A stretch of DNA of 64,000 nt, from assembly GCA_963839575.1 (NCBI GenBank), contig CAWIVQ010000003.1, positions 3,506,579 through 3,570,578 on the forward strand, in the 5' to 3' direction. Position 1 is the stretch's first letter, and the number at the start of each line of letters is the position of its first letter. The stretch comes from an uncultured Actinomycetes bacterium. Its GTDB lineage: Bacteria; Actinomycetota; Acidimicrobiia; IMCC26256; PALSA-610. Shown piece by piece: positions 20,834 to 31,924 of this stretch. A program made the position numbers and the translations under genes. Below the pieces are notes generated by a model. It was not told the DNA's origin and made no database searches. It saw nothing but the letters and a program-made list of their open reading frames with translations.

Positions 20834-22836
20834 CTACGCGACGAGCACCGACGTGAAATCCTTGACGCCACCCAGCACCGTGGCGTCTCCGAACGCCGCG
20901 ACCGTTCCGTCGGCGCCGGCGATCCAGTAGCCGTTGCCCGAGTTCGAGCAGGCGAACCCGACGGCCTTCGCCGTCGTCGGGAGCATCGCGCCGCGGAATT
21001 TCGCGTCGCCGTAGGCGAAGATGCCGCCGTCGCTCGCGGAGAGCCAGTAGCCCTTGCCCGTGACGGTCGCGCCCATGGCGACGATCGGTTGATTGAGGCG
21101 GATCGCGCCGGTCGAGCCGTAGAACTTCGCGTCGCCGTAGGCGAAGATGCCGCCGTCGCTCGCGCAGAGCCAGTACCCCTTGCCGGTCGGTGTCGTGGCC
21201 ATCGCGACGATCGGTTTGTTCAGCCTCATGGCGCCGGTCGAGCCGTAGAACTTCGCGTCGCCGTAGGCGAAGATGCCGCCGTCGCTCGCGCAGAGCCAGT
21301 ACCCCTTGCCGGTGGTCGTCGCGGCCATCGCGACGATGGGTTTGTTGAGGCGCATGCCACCGGTCGAACCGTGGAAGGCGGCGTCACCGAAGCTGAAGAT
21401 GCCGCCGTCGGAACCGGCGAGCCACAACCCCTTTCGGGTCGGGGTGCGTGCGCCGGCGACGAGCGGGAACGCGACGTGCGCGAGCGAGCTGAACTTGGTG
21501 GCGGACCGAGCCCGTAGATGTGGCCGGTGGGCCCGGCGATCCAGTAGCCGACGCTCGAGGTCGACGGCGGTTTCACCGCCGCCGGAAGGCCCGGACCGGC
21601 TTTGAAGAGGCCGAGCGGCGTGTACGACTTGCCGAGCACGGAGCGATCGTCGACGCCGAGCCACGTCTTGAGGATGGGCGCGTACATCTGGTGGAAGTCG
21701 ACGCTCGGGACGAAGTTCCCGTCGCGATCCAGATTGGTCAAGCTGGGCTGCGTCCCGTGCAGGCCGCCGCGCACGTGGTCGCCGATGACGAAGTGCGGTG
21801 CGGCCGTGCCGTGGTCGGTCCCGCCGTCGCCGTTCTCCTCGGGTCGGCGCCCGAACTCCGAGAACGTCATCATCGCCACGTTCGGGAGCCACTTCGGCGC
21901 CAGCGTGGCGAAGAACGCCGCGACGGCGTTGTCGATGCGGCCCAGCAGCGTTGCGTGCCAGTCGCGCTCGTCGGAGTGCGTGTCGAATCCGTCGATCTCG
22001 GTGTCGAACACCCGGATGCCGAGGTTCGCGTTGATCAGGTGGGCCGCGAGCACGAGTTGCTGTTGGAGGTCGTTGGGCTGATCGGGGAATCCGTACGCCG
22101 GACGGATCCGTTGGGTCAGCATCATCAGATCGGACTCGGTCTGGTCGTAGAGGTCGCCGAGACCGTCGAGGCCGGACGCCCCGGTGCCGAGGCCGGCCAG
22201 CGCGTCGAACATGCGCGCGTCCGACGGGTCGGTGCGGTTGATCCCGAAGGCCCCACCGATGTTGAGCGGGAGTGACGACGGGTGTGCAACGTCGCCCTGC
22301 AGGTGCTCGCTCACGTTGCCGTGGAGCGACACGCCGTACAACGACTCGTGGGCGGCGTTGGGGAGCCGGTCGAGGAATCGGCCCGCCCATCCCGACGTCA
22401 CCGCGCCGGAACCGCCCCACCCGTGCATCCAGATGTCGCCCGAACTGAAGTGGCTCAGGTCGGGTGGCTGGTACCCGACCCCGCGGACGACCGCGACCTT
22501 GCCTTGGTCGAAGCGTGCCTTCAGCTTCGGCATCGCCGGGTGCAACCCGAGCCCGCCGCCGATCGGGAGCGAGTTCGTGACCCGCAGCGACGAGCGCAGA
22601 TGCGCGTACTGGGGGTCGGCGTAGGGAATGACCATGTTCAAGCCGTCGTTGCCGCCCGCGAGGTTGATCGTGACGAGGATGCCCTCGTTGTCGGCCACGG
22701 GCGGCGCCGCGAACGCCCGCAGCTTCGTGAGGTACGGGCTCACGGCGACCACCCCCGTGCCCACCGCTCCGTACTGCATGAATCGGCGGCGGGAGAAGCG
22801 GTTCCGTTCGAAGATGTTGGGTCCGGATGTCGTCAC
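20834..22836 (-). pseudogene. Tat-signal DUF1501 (sulfatase/phosphatase-like) protein fused to a C-terminal six-repeat GYW/SDGG.F.FGDA domain, one frame break near 21503
   Basis: ORF 21226..22836: twin-arginine signal RNRFSRRRFMQYGAVG, then DUF1501-like blocks (NLAGGNDGLNMVIPY, DGFDTHSDE, FSEFGRRPEENGDGGTDHG). After a PAAVKPPSTSS linker the first repeat VGYWIAGPTGHIYGLG runs into the frame of ORF 20834..22420, which holds five more ~42-aa repeats (GYWLCASDGGIFAYGDAKFYGSTGAMRLNKPIVAMA...). Confidence 0.75.
20979..21482. repeat. tandem 126-nt (42-codon) coding repeats inside the DUF1501 fusion gene
   Basis: Copies starting at 21105 and 21231 share an identical first 83 nt (gcgccggtcgagccgtagaacttcgcgtcgccgtaggcgaagatgccgccgtcgctcgcgcagagccagtaccccttgccggt). 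Flanking copies at about 20979 and 21357 are more diverged. Confidence 0.85.
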
Positions 22837-22846
22837 GATCGCGCTC

Positions 22847-24159
22847 CTAGGCGAGGTTGAATTCCGGGCTGAGCATCAGCAGCGTCAACAGGTTGATGAA
22901 CGTCCAGTTGACCCACGCGTGGGTATCGGTGCGCTGCTTCGTCAACCACGCTTCGAGTGCCGACCGCGTGTGCGCGGACGGGGCGTCGATGCCGAAGAAG
23001 TCGAAGCCGTACTGGATCGCGTCGTGGACGCTCATCGTGGTAATCGCGCTCGAGTCGGTTCTGCACGTCGTTGTTCTTCCAGACCAGGCCGCGGCCCCAG
23101 TTCGCGCGCGCCCAGAGCCGCGACGTCGTGAGCCAGTACTCGTTGGGCCGCCAACCCGACACGTTCGGCGGCTCGAAGAGTTGCTGGCCCATGTCGTCCA
23201 TGTACCACTGCGGGTTTGCGTCCTCCGCGGTGATCCCGGCCACGCGCATGCACGCCGCGACCCATTCCGCCGGGGTCCGTACGAGGCCGTTCATCGCCTT
23301 CGGGGAGACGAAGTTCGGGTGCATGAAGATCGCCCGCACGAGATCGTGGATCGAGAGGTCGTTGCCCAAGAAGGAATTGGCGAGGCTCGTCACGACATCG
23401 GGTTCGGGGTCGGGGTAGGCGAAGAACGACCACATCTTGGCGGCGATGAACTTCGCGGCGATCGTCTTGTGGGTCGTGTCGGACCCGAGGATGAAGTCGA
23501 TGATGTCGGGACCGTCCCAGTTCTGGGTGACGCCCATGAAGGTCTTCAGCCCGGTGTCGTGGCGGTCGGGATAGAAGTGGTACTGCTCCCGATCGCCGTC
23601 GAGCGTGTTGTGGCCGGTCCATGCCCGGGCCGACGACACCACGTCGGCCTGGCTGTACTGGTCGACGCCGAGCGTGAAGAGTTCCATGAGCTCGCGCGGC
23701 GAAATTCTCGTTCGGGCTGCCCTTGACGTTGGGATCGTTGTCGAGCCAGATGAGCATCGCGGGTTGCAGCGACATCGAGTGCACGAGATCGCGGAAGTTC
23801 GCGGTGGCGTTGGCGCGGAACAAGGAGTTCTGCTGGTACATGAGGAGCATGTCGCCGACCTTGTAGTTCGCGGTCGCGAAGTGCCCGTGCCAGAACAGCG
23901 TGAGCTTCTCCTGCAGTGGCGAGGTGGAGGTCGCCATACGGTCGAGCCACCACTGCTGGAGCATGTACTCCTTTTGCCAGTCGCCCGTGCCCGAATCGGT
24001 GAGGTATGCGGGCTGCGTGTCGACCGGCGCACTCGAGAAGTCGAGGAGCTGGTCGACGGTCGTATCCCACGGTTGGGCGGCGAGGGTGTTGACCTGCGTG
24101 ATGGTTCCGCCGAAGCCGGCGCGACGAAGTAGATGTGCGACGTTCGCGGGAAGCGGCAC
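22847..24159 (-). pseudogene. DUF1800-family protein, two frame breaks
   Basis: N-terminus VAHLLRRAGFGG...FWHGHFAT...NDPNVKGSPNENFA in the frame of 23032..24159. RELMELFTLGV...GPDIIDFIL...PPNVSGW in the frame of 22833..24032. The end ...INLLTLLMLSPEFNLA is in the frame of 22847..23035. Breaks near 23697 and about 23040-23080. Lies 10 nt upstream of the DUF1501 gene, the usual pairing. Confidence 0.75.
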
Positions 24160-24255
24160 GTCGTTCCCCCTAATCGATGGTCTCCCCAGACCGCCGTTCC
24201 CTCATCGACGGGAATCGGGTCGGTTCTTGAGCGATCAGGGCCCCTTCATGGGGAA

Positions 24256-25110
24256 TCAGGGCCATCCCGCGCCGGGTACCTCGACCGCGACGGCTTCGAT
24301 GCGACCACCATGCGCAACACGTGCCTCGTCGGGCACGTGGGTCGGTGCTGTGCACACGTACAGGGTGCTGCGGTCGTCGCCGCCGAGCATGCACGCGAAC
24401 GCGCCGGGATGCGTTCCCTTCACCTCGTCGACGATCGCGCCGCCCTCACGGACGCGCAGCACGCGCCCGCTGAACGGGCACGCGGCCCAGATCGCGCCCT
24501 CGGCGTCGAGGCACATTCCGTCGACGGTCGCGCCCTCGAGTTGGGCCCAGACGCGCGGGTTCGACAGCGACCCGTCCGAAGCGATGTCGAACGCGCGGAC
24601 GCGGCCGGCCATGCTCTCGCCGACGAGCAACGTCGAGCCGTCGGCGGTGACTACCGAGCCGTTCGGGAACGCGAGGCCGTCAGCCGCGACGCGGGCCTCG
24701 CCGTCGGGCTCGACCGCGACGACGCACGTCGTCTCGGCCTTCGCGCCCGCGTACATGTCGAAGCCGAAGTTCCCCACGTAGGCGCGGCCGCGCCCGTCGA
24801 CCACCATGTCGTTGCACGGCGCCGGCGCCAGCCCGGAGAGGTCGGCATGCAACGCCAGCGCGCCCCCTGCTTCGAGGCGCATGACGGCTCGGTCGAGCAT
24901 CGACACGACGAGCAGGGTTCCGTCGGGCAGCCAACCGAGACCGGACGGCTGCCCGGGGACCTCGACGACGGTCTCGGCAGTTCCGTCGGGCCGCATCGCG
25001 ACGACGCGCTTGTCGTGCTGGTCGGAGAACCACAGCCGACCGTCGTGCCAGCGGGGACCTTCGGGAAACGCGAGCCCGTCGAGCACCACCGTTGTCGTGC
25101 GTGCAGTCAT
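24256..25110 (-). CDS. SMP-30/gluconolactonase/LRE-family beta-propeller hydrolase
   Basis: Last 284 aa of ORF 24256..26724: MTARTTTVVLDGLAFPEGPRWHDGRLWFSD...PNGSVVTADGSTLLVGES...DGMCLDAEGAIW. ATG at 25110. Confidence 0.8.
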   Translation of the reverse strand: MTARTTTVVLDGLAFPEGPRWHDGRLWFSDQHDKRVVAMRPDGTAETVVEVPGQPSGLGWLPDGTLLVVSMLDRAVMRLEAGGALALHADLSGLAPAPCNDMVVDGRGRAYVGNFGFDMYAGAKAETTCVVAVEPDGEARVAADGLAFPNGSVVTADGSTLLVGESMAGRVRAFDIASDGSLSNPRVWAQLEGATVDGMCLDAEGAIWAACPFSGRVLRVREGGAIVDEVKGTHPGAFACMLGGDDRSTLYVCTAPTHVPDEARVAHGGRIEAVAVEVPGAGWP

Positions 25111-26724
25111 GGATCCGGACGGTACTCGTCGGGCTCGGTCGTGTGGACGGGGCTGATCTCGTCGAGCGTGCGGGCCGCGGATTCCGGCAAGAGGGGAATG
25201 ACGAGGAGCGCGACGAGGAACGACCCCACACCGGTGAGCGCAACCGACTTGCCGATGCCGCCGAGATGGTGGGACAGGTCGCCCGCGAGGAGCAGTCCCG
25301 TTGCCGAGCCGATCACCCCGACGACGTAGAGCATCGCGTTCGAGGTGGAGCGCACTTCGGTCGGGAAGAGCTCGGCGTCGAGTGTCCCCAACGCGATCCC
25401 GCCCGCGCCGGCCATGAAGATCGACACGGCCGACATCAGCCACAGGGACACACCGCCGGTGAGGAAGAAGATCATCTGGGTGCCGGTGGCGACGGCGAGC
25501 GCGATGCCCGCGACCGGGCGGCGCCCGCGGATCTCGGCGAGGCGCCCGCCGACGAGCACGCCGACGAGTCCGGGAAGCGGCGGTGGTCACGGTGCGGAAG
25601 GCCGCGATATCGGTGTTCGTGAACCCGCGGATGTCGGTCAGGTACTTGTTCATGAACGACGATGACGGTCCGCTGAAGAAGCTCGTGAGGAACGCGACGA
25701 CCGCGAGCAGCAGGAACCGGTGGCCGTTCTGCCGGAACACGTCCCGGGCCCGGCCGCGCACCACGTCGGCACGCGCGGCGAGCGCGGTGTAACGGGCGGT
25801 CTCACCGAGCGAGCGCGCGACCGCCGGCGCGAGGAGGATCGTCGCGCCGCCGAGCGCGAACGGGATGCGCCAACCCCACGACGCGATGTCGCCCAGGGGC
25901 AGGGTCACGACGGAGAAGGAGAACCCGAACCCGCCCGCGAGCGCGAGCATCGACGCGGCGTAGGCGCGCGCGCCCTCGGGGGCTTCCTCGACGACCGCGA
26001 GGAACGCCACGGTGGCGGTGGTGCCGACGAGCCCACGTTGCAGTATCTGCGCGGTCGTGAACGCGGCGAGGTTCGGCGCGGCGGCCGACGCGGCGCAGAC
26101 GATCGCGGAGCCCACGACGCCGATGAGGATCGACCGCCGCCGACCGCGGCGATCGGCGATCGCGATCGCGAACAGGGCGAACAACGCGCCGAGGCGGGTG
26201 AGCGCGAACGCGACGCCGATCGTCGCGTCGGAGGCGCCGAAGCTGCGGCTGATCGGGCTCGACAGCTGACCGAACAGCGCCGCCGCGAAGGAGACGATCG
26301 CCGTCGCCGCGGCCGCGGTCGCGATGAAGGCGGACTGCTCCGGGGTGAACGCGACCGGCGGGAGACCGACGACGGTCCGCGGCCGGACCGGACCGGGCCG
26401 GCCGTCGAGCGCGGTCCGGATCGTCTCGAGCGCGAAGCCACGTGACCTCCGGTGCGCGATCGCGACGAGGGGTCGGAAGAACCACCCGAAGAAGGGGATC
26501 TCGATATCGCCCACCGACGTGACCGTCAGATCGGTTCCGGTGCCGCCCGCCGCCTCGGCCAGTACGAGGGTCAGTCCGATCGCGGGCTGCTGGTCGAGCG
26601 GCGCGGCGACCGCGAGGGCATCGGCCCGCAGAGGTGTGGCGCCGAGTCTTCCGACCGCCGCCTCGCGCACCGCGTCGACCGGGGCCGCGAGCCGAACGAG
26701 CGAAGACCGCGGCACGCGCGGCAT
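25107..26724 (-). pseudogene. MFS transporter with an extra ~125-aa N-terminal domain, one frame break near 25580
   Basis: Frame of 24256..26724 gives the N-terminal soluble-looking domain, then TM helices and the MFS loop motif IADRRGRRRS, up to ...DIAAFRTVTT. The last TM helices LPGLVGVLVGGRLAEIRGRRP...LLPESAART are in the frame of 25107..25559. Confidence 0.7.
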
Positions 26725-26761
26725 GCTACGGGCGCAGCCCAGATGTCTCTCGGAGGGTCAG

Positions 26762-27232
26762 ATGACGACATTGTCCGTCGGCGACAAAGCCCCGGCGATC
26801 ACCTTGAAGGACCAGCACGGCAAGACCGTGAAGCTTTCCGACGCGAAGGGCAAGCGGGTCGTCGTGTACTTCTACCCGAAGGCCGACACACCCGGCTGCA
26901 CCCAGCAGTCGTGCAACCTGCGCGACGCCTTCTCGCGACTGAAGAAGCTGAACGCAGTCGTCTACGGAATCAGCCCCGACGCCGTCGAGAAGCAGAAGAA
27001 GTTCGACGACAAGTACGGGCTCGGCTTCCCCCTGCTCGCCGACACCGAGCACAAGGTGGCGGAGGCATTCGGGGTGTGGGGCGAGAAGTCGCTGTACGGC
27101 CGCAAGTACATGGGGATCGTCCGGTCGGCGTTCGTCGTCGACGAAAAGGGCAAGCTCGCCGGCGTGTTCTACAAGGTGTCCCCGAAGGACACCGTGCCCA
27201 AGACGCAGAAGGTCCTGGAGGAGCTCGGATAA
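26762..27232 (+). CDS. bcp: thiol peroxidase / peroxiredoxin Bcp
   Basis: MTTLSVGDKAPAITLKDQHGKTVKLSD...VVVYFYPKADTPGCTQQSCNLRD...GISPD. ATG at 26762 inside ORF 26324..27232. Confidence 0.9.
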   Translation: MTTLSVGDKAPAITLKDQHGKTVKLSDAKGKRVVVYFYPKADTPGCTQQSCNLRDAFSRLKKLNAVVYGISPDAVEKQKKFDDKYGLGFPLLADTEHKVAEAFGVWGEKSLYGRKYMGIVRSAFVVDEKGKLAGVFYKVSPKDTVPKTQKVLEELG

Positions 27233-27423
27233 GCGCCCTTTCGCGTCGAGCGTCCCCGGGTCGTGTCAGATTCATGAAGGGTGCGCTTCACGGAGACGAC
27301 ACGCAGCCGAGACGGTCGCGAAAGGTTCCGAGAGTGAAGTAACCCCGGGACGAACGAGCGCACTGCGCGTCAGCACCATCGAAACGGCCACGCTCCGGCG
27401 TCGGCCGCTCACGGGGAGGCGAC

Positions 27424-29531
<2,108 letters not shown>

Positions 29532-29617
29532 GGAGCCTTGTTTTTCGGGGTTTCCAGCGCGCAGCCTGGGGGGAGCCGTGCCGTGTAGGTAGTGATCATC
29601 CTGGCGGACCCGGCCAA

Positions 29618-29681
29618 GGTCGACCCCGCGGATCAGCTCGTTCGTCCCAAGCGAATGCGCGCTGTGCCCGCGGGGTCGACC
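29618..29681 (+). promoter_or_regulatory. perfect 14-bp inverted repeat (stem-loop) in the kdp leader
   Basis: ggtcgaccccgcgg (29618-29631) and ccgcggggtcgacc (29668-29681) are exact reverse complements separated by 36 nt. They lie in the ~570-nt non-coding stretch between glnK and the first kdp-associated ORF. Confidence 0.6.
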
Positions 29682-29949
29682 GCGTCCGGGACGGTATCGC
29701 TAAGGACGCGCAAAGAACGCCGCCGTCGCCGCAAGGAAGCCGTCAAGTCGTCTGTTCCTCACCGGGGAACGGCGCATCATCGAGTCATGACGCATGCCAC
29801 GTGCAGCCGGCACCGGGCCGGTGGGACCTTTGTCGGCAGGAACGGGCCGGTTGGCGCTACTTCCTCGTCGCCAAGGGTCCTAGGACTGTGATCTTGATGG
29901 GCGCTCTCGCGATGACGCGGGCCGTCCGGTCCAACGAAGGGGTTGTCCC

Positions 29950-30105
29950 GTGCAAGATGTGATCTTCCTCGCGATCCTCATGGCGTTCTTCGCGCTCGCG
30001 GTCGTGTTCGTGAAGGCCTGCGAGCTCATCATCGGGCCCGACGTCGAAGCCGCACGCGCGGATGCGGGCGCGACCGGGCCCGGCGACGAGAAGGTCGCGG
30101 CATGA
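29950..30105 (+). CDS. candidate 51-aa single-TM small protein upstream of kdpF (below the ORF-track size cutoff)
   Basis: GTG at 29950 preceded by GAAGGGG. My translation: [51 protein letters not shown]. Its TGA (30103-30105) overlaps the ATG of kdpF (ATGA coupling). Confidence 0.45.
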   Translation: MQDVIFLAILMAFFALAVVFVKACELIIGPDVEAARADAGATGPGDEKVAA

Positions 30106-30195
30106 CCGGTCTCGAAAGCGTGATCGGGCTCGCCCTCGAGCGCGCTCGCGGCCGCATACCTCGTCTACGCCCTCGTCTTTCCGGAGAAGCTCTGA
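30102..30195 (+). pseudogene. kdpF: K+-transporting ATPase subunit F, apparent frame break near 30140
   Basis: ATG at 30102 gives [12 protein letters not shown]. The characteristic KdpF end [15 protein letters not shown]-stop (TGA 30193-30195, overlapping the kdpA ATG) is in another frame that has no start codon of its own. Confidence 0.5.
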
Positions 30196-31911
30196 TGACC
30201 ATGGCCGCCTGGGCCGAGCTCGGGGCGTTGATCGCGATGTTGGCGGTCAGCACGCCGTTGCTCGGCAACTACATGGCAAAGGTGTACGGCGCGAAGCGTG
30301 CGCCGGGCGACCGCGTCTTCCTCCCGGTCGAGCGCGCGATCTATCGCCTCACCGGCGTCGACCCCGACAGCGAGCAGCGCTGGCAGACCTACGCGCTCTC
30401 GTTGCTCGCGTTCAGCTTCGCCTCGGTGCTCATCCTTTACGCCCAACTGCGGTTGCAGGGCCATCTGCCCTTCAACCCCGACGCGCAAAAGGGCGTGAAG
30501 CCGACCCTGTCGTTCAACACGGCCGTCAGCTTCCTCACGAATACGAACTGGCAGAACTATTCGGGCGAGACGACGATGTCGCACCTCACCCAGATGGCCG
30601 GCCTCGCGGTGCACAACTTCGTGTCGGCCGCGGCGGGCGCGGCGGTCGCAGTTGCTCTGATCCGGGGTCTCGTGCGCCGGCGTACGCACACGGTCGGCAA
30701 CTTCTGGGTCGATCTCGTGCGCACCACGACCCGCATCCTCTTGCCGCTCTCGTTCGTGTTCGCGCTGGTGCTCGTGAGCCAGGGCGTCGTGCAGAACTTC
30801 CACGCCGCCAAGACCGTGACGACCGTTGCCGGTCAGACAGCAGACACTTCCGGGCGGGCCGATCGCCAGCCAGGAAGCGATCAAGGAGATCGGTCAGAAC
30901 GGCGGCGGCCCCTACAACGCGAACTCGTCGCACCCGTTCGAGAACCCGAACGCCATCACGAACCTTCTCGAGATCTGGATGTTGCTCGCCATCCCGTTCG
31001 CGTTCCCGTGGATGTTCGGGAAGATGGCGGGTTCGACGAAGCAGGGCCTGGCCGTGCTCAGCGCGATGCTCGCGCTCTGGCTCACCATCTCGATCGTCGC
31101 GATGGTGTTCGAGGCGAACGGCAACTCCAAGCTCGACAAGCTGGGAGTGACGCAGAGCGCCACGTCGACCCAGGTCGGCGGCAACATGGAAGGAAAGGAA
31201 ACCCGGTTCGGGCCCGCGACCTCGGGCCTGTTCGCGTCGTCGACCACCGGGACGTCGACCGGTTCGGTCGACTCGATGCACGACAGCTTCACGCCCATCG
31301 GCGGCGCCGCACCGCTGGTCAACATCATGCTGGGCGAAGTCGATCCCGGCGGAACCGGTTCGGGCCTCTACGGCATGTTGCTGTTCGCACTGTTGTCGGT
31401 GTTCATCGCGGGCCTCATGGTCGGCCGAACTCCCGAGTACCTCGGGAAGAAGATCCAGGGCGCCGAGATGAAGCTCGTGGTGCTCTACATCTTGTTCGTC
31501 CCGCTCGTGATCCTCGCATTCACCGCGGCGTCACTCGTGATGAAGCATCCGCTGGGCTCGCTCGAGAACTCCGGGCCCCACGGGCTGACCGAGATGACGT
31601 ACACGTTCACGTCGCAGGCCAACAACAACGGCTCGGCGTTCGCCGGTCTTTCGGGCAACACCGACTGGTTCAACGTGACGGGTGGTCTGGCGATGCTCAT
31701 CGGCCGGTTCATGTTGATGATCCCGGTTCTCGCGATCGCCGGGTCGCTCGGCCGCAAGCAGCCCACACCCGCGTCGGCGGGCACCTTCCCCACCGATACC
31801 GGGTTGTTCGCAGCGTTGTTGACGGGTGTCGTCGTGATCGTCGTCGGCCTCACCTACTTCCCGGTCGTCGCGCTCGGCCCCGTGGTCGAGCACCTCGTGG
31901 GCAAGTTCTAG
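30195..31911 (+). pseudogene. kdpA: K+-transporting ATPase subunit A, one frame break near 30840
   Basis: [16 protein letters not shown]...[19 protein letters not shown]...[16 protein letters not shown] in the frame of 29943..31928. It continues [36 protein letters not shown]... to the stop at 31911 in the frame of 30826..31911. Confidence 0.85.
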
Positions 31912-31924
31912 GAGCGAACGCAGC

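Noticed and set aside
24256-26724. Single 822-aa ORF that would fuse the MFS transporter to the SMP-30 lactonase.
   Set aside because: The middle ~150 aa are Arg-rich nonsense. The real MFS C-terminus is in another frame (25107..25559). The lactonase has its own ATG at 25110 overlapping the MFS stop. Treated as two genes.
29592-29891. 99-aa ORF in the glnK-kdp spacer.
   Set aside because: Arg/Ser/Thr-rich, no Shine-Dalgarno and no family resemblance. It overlaps the strongly structured leader, so it is more likely non-coding.
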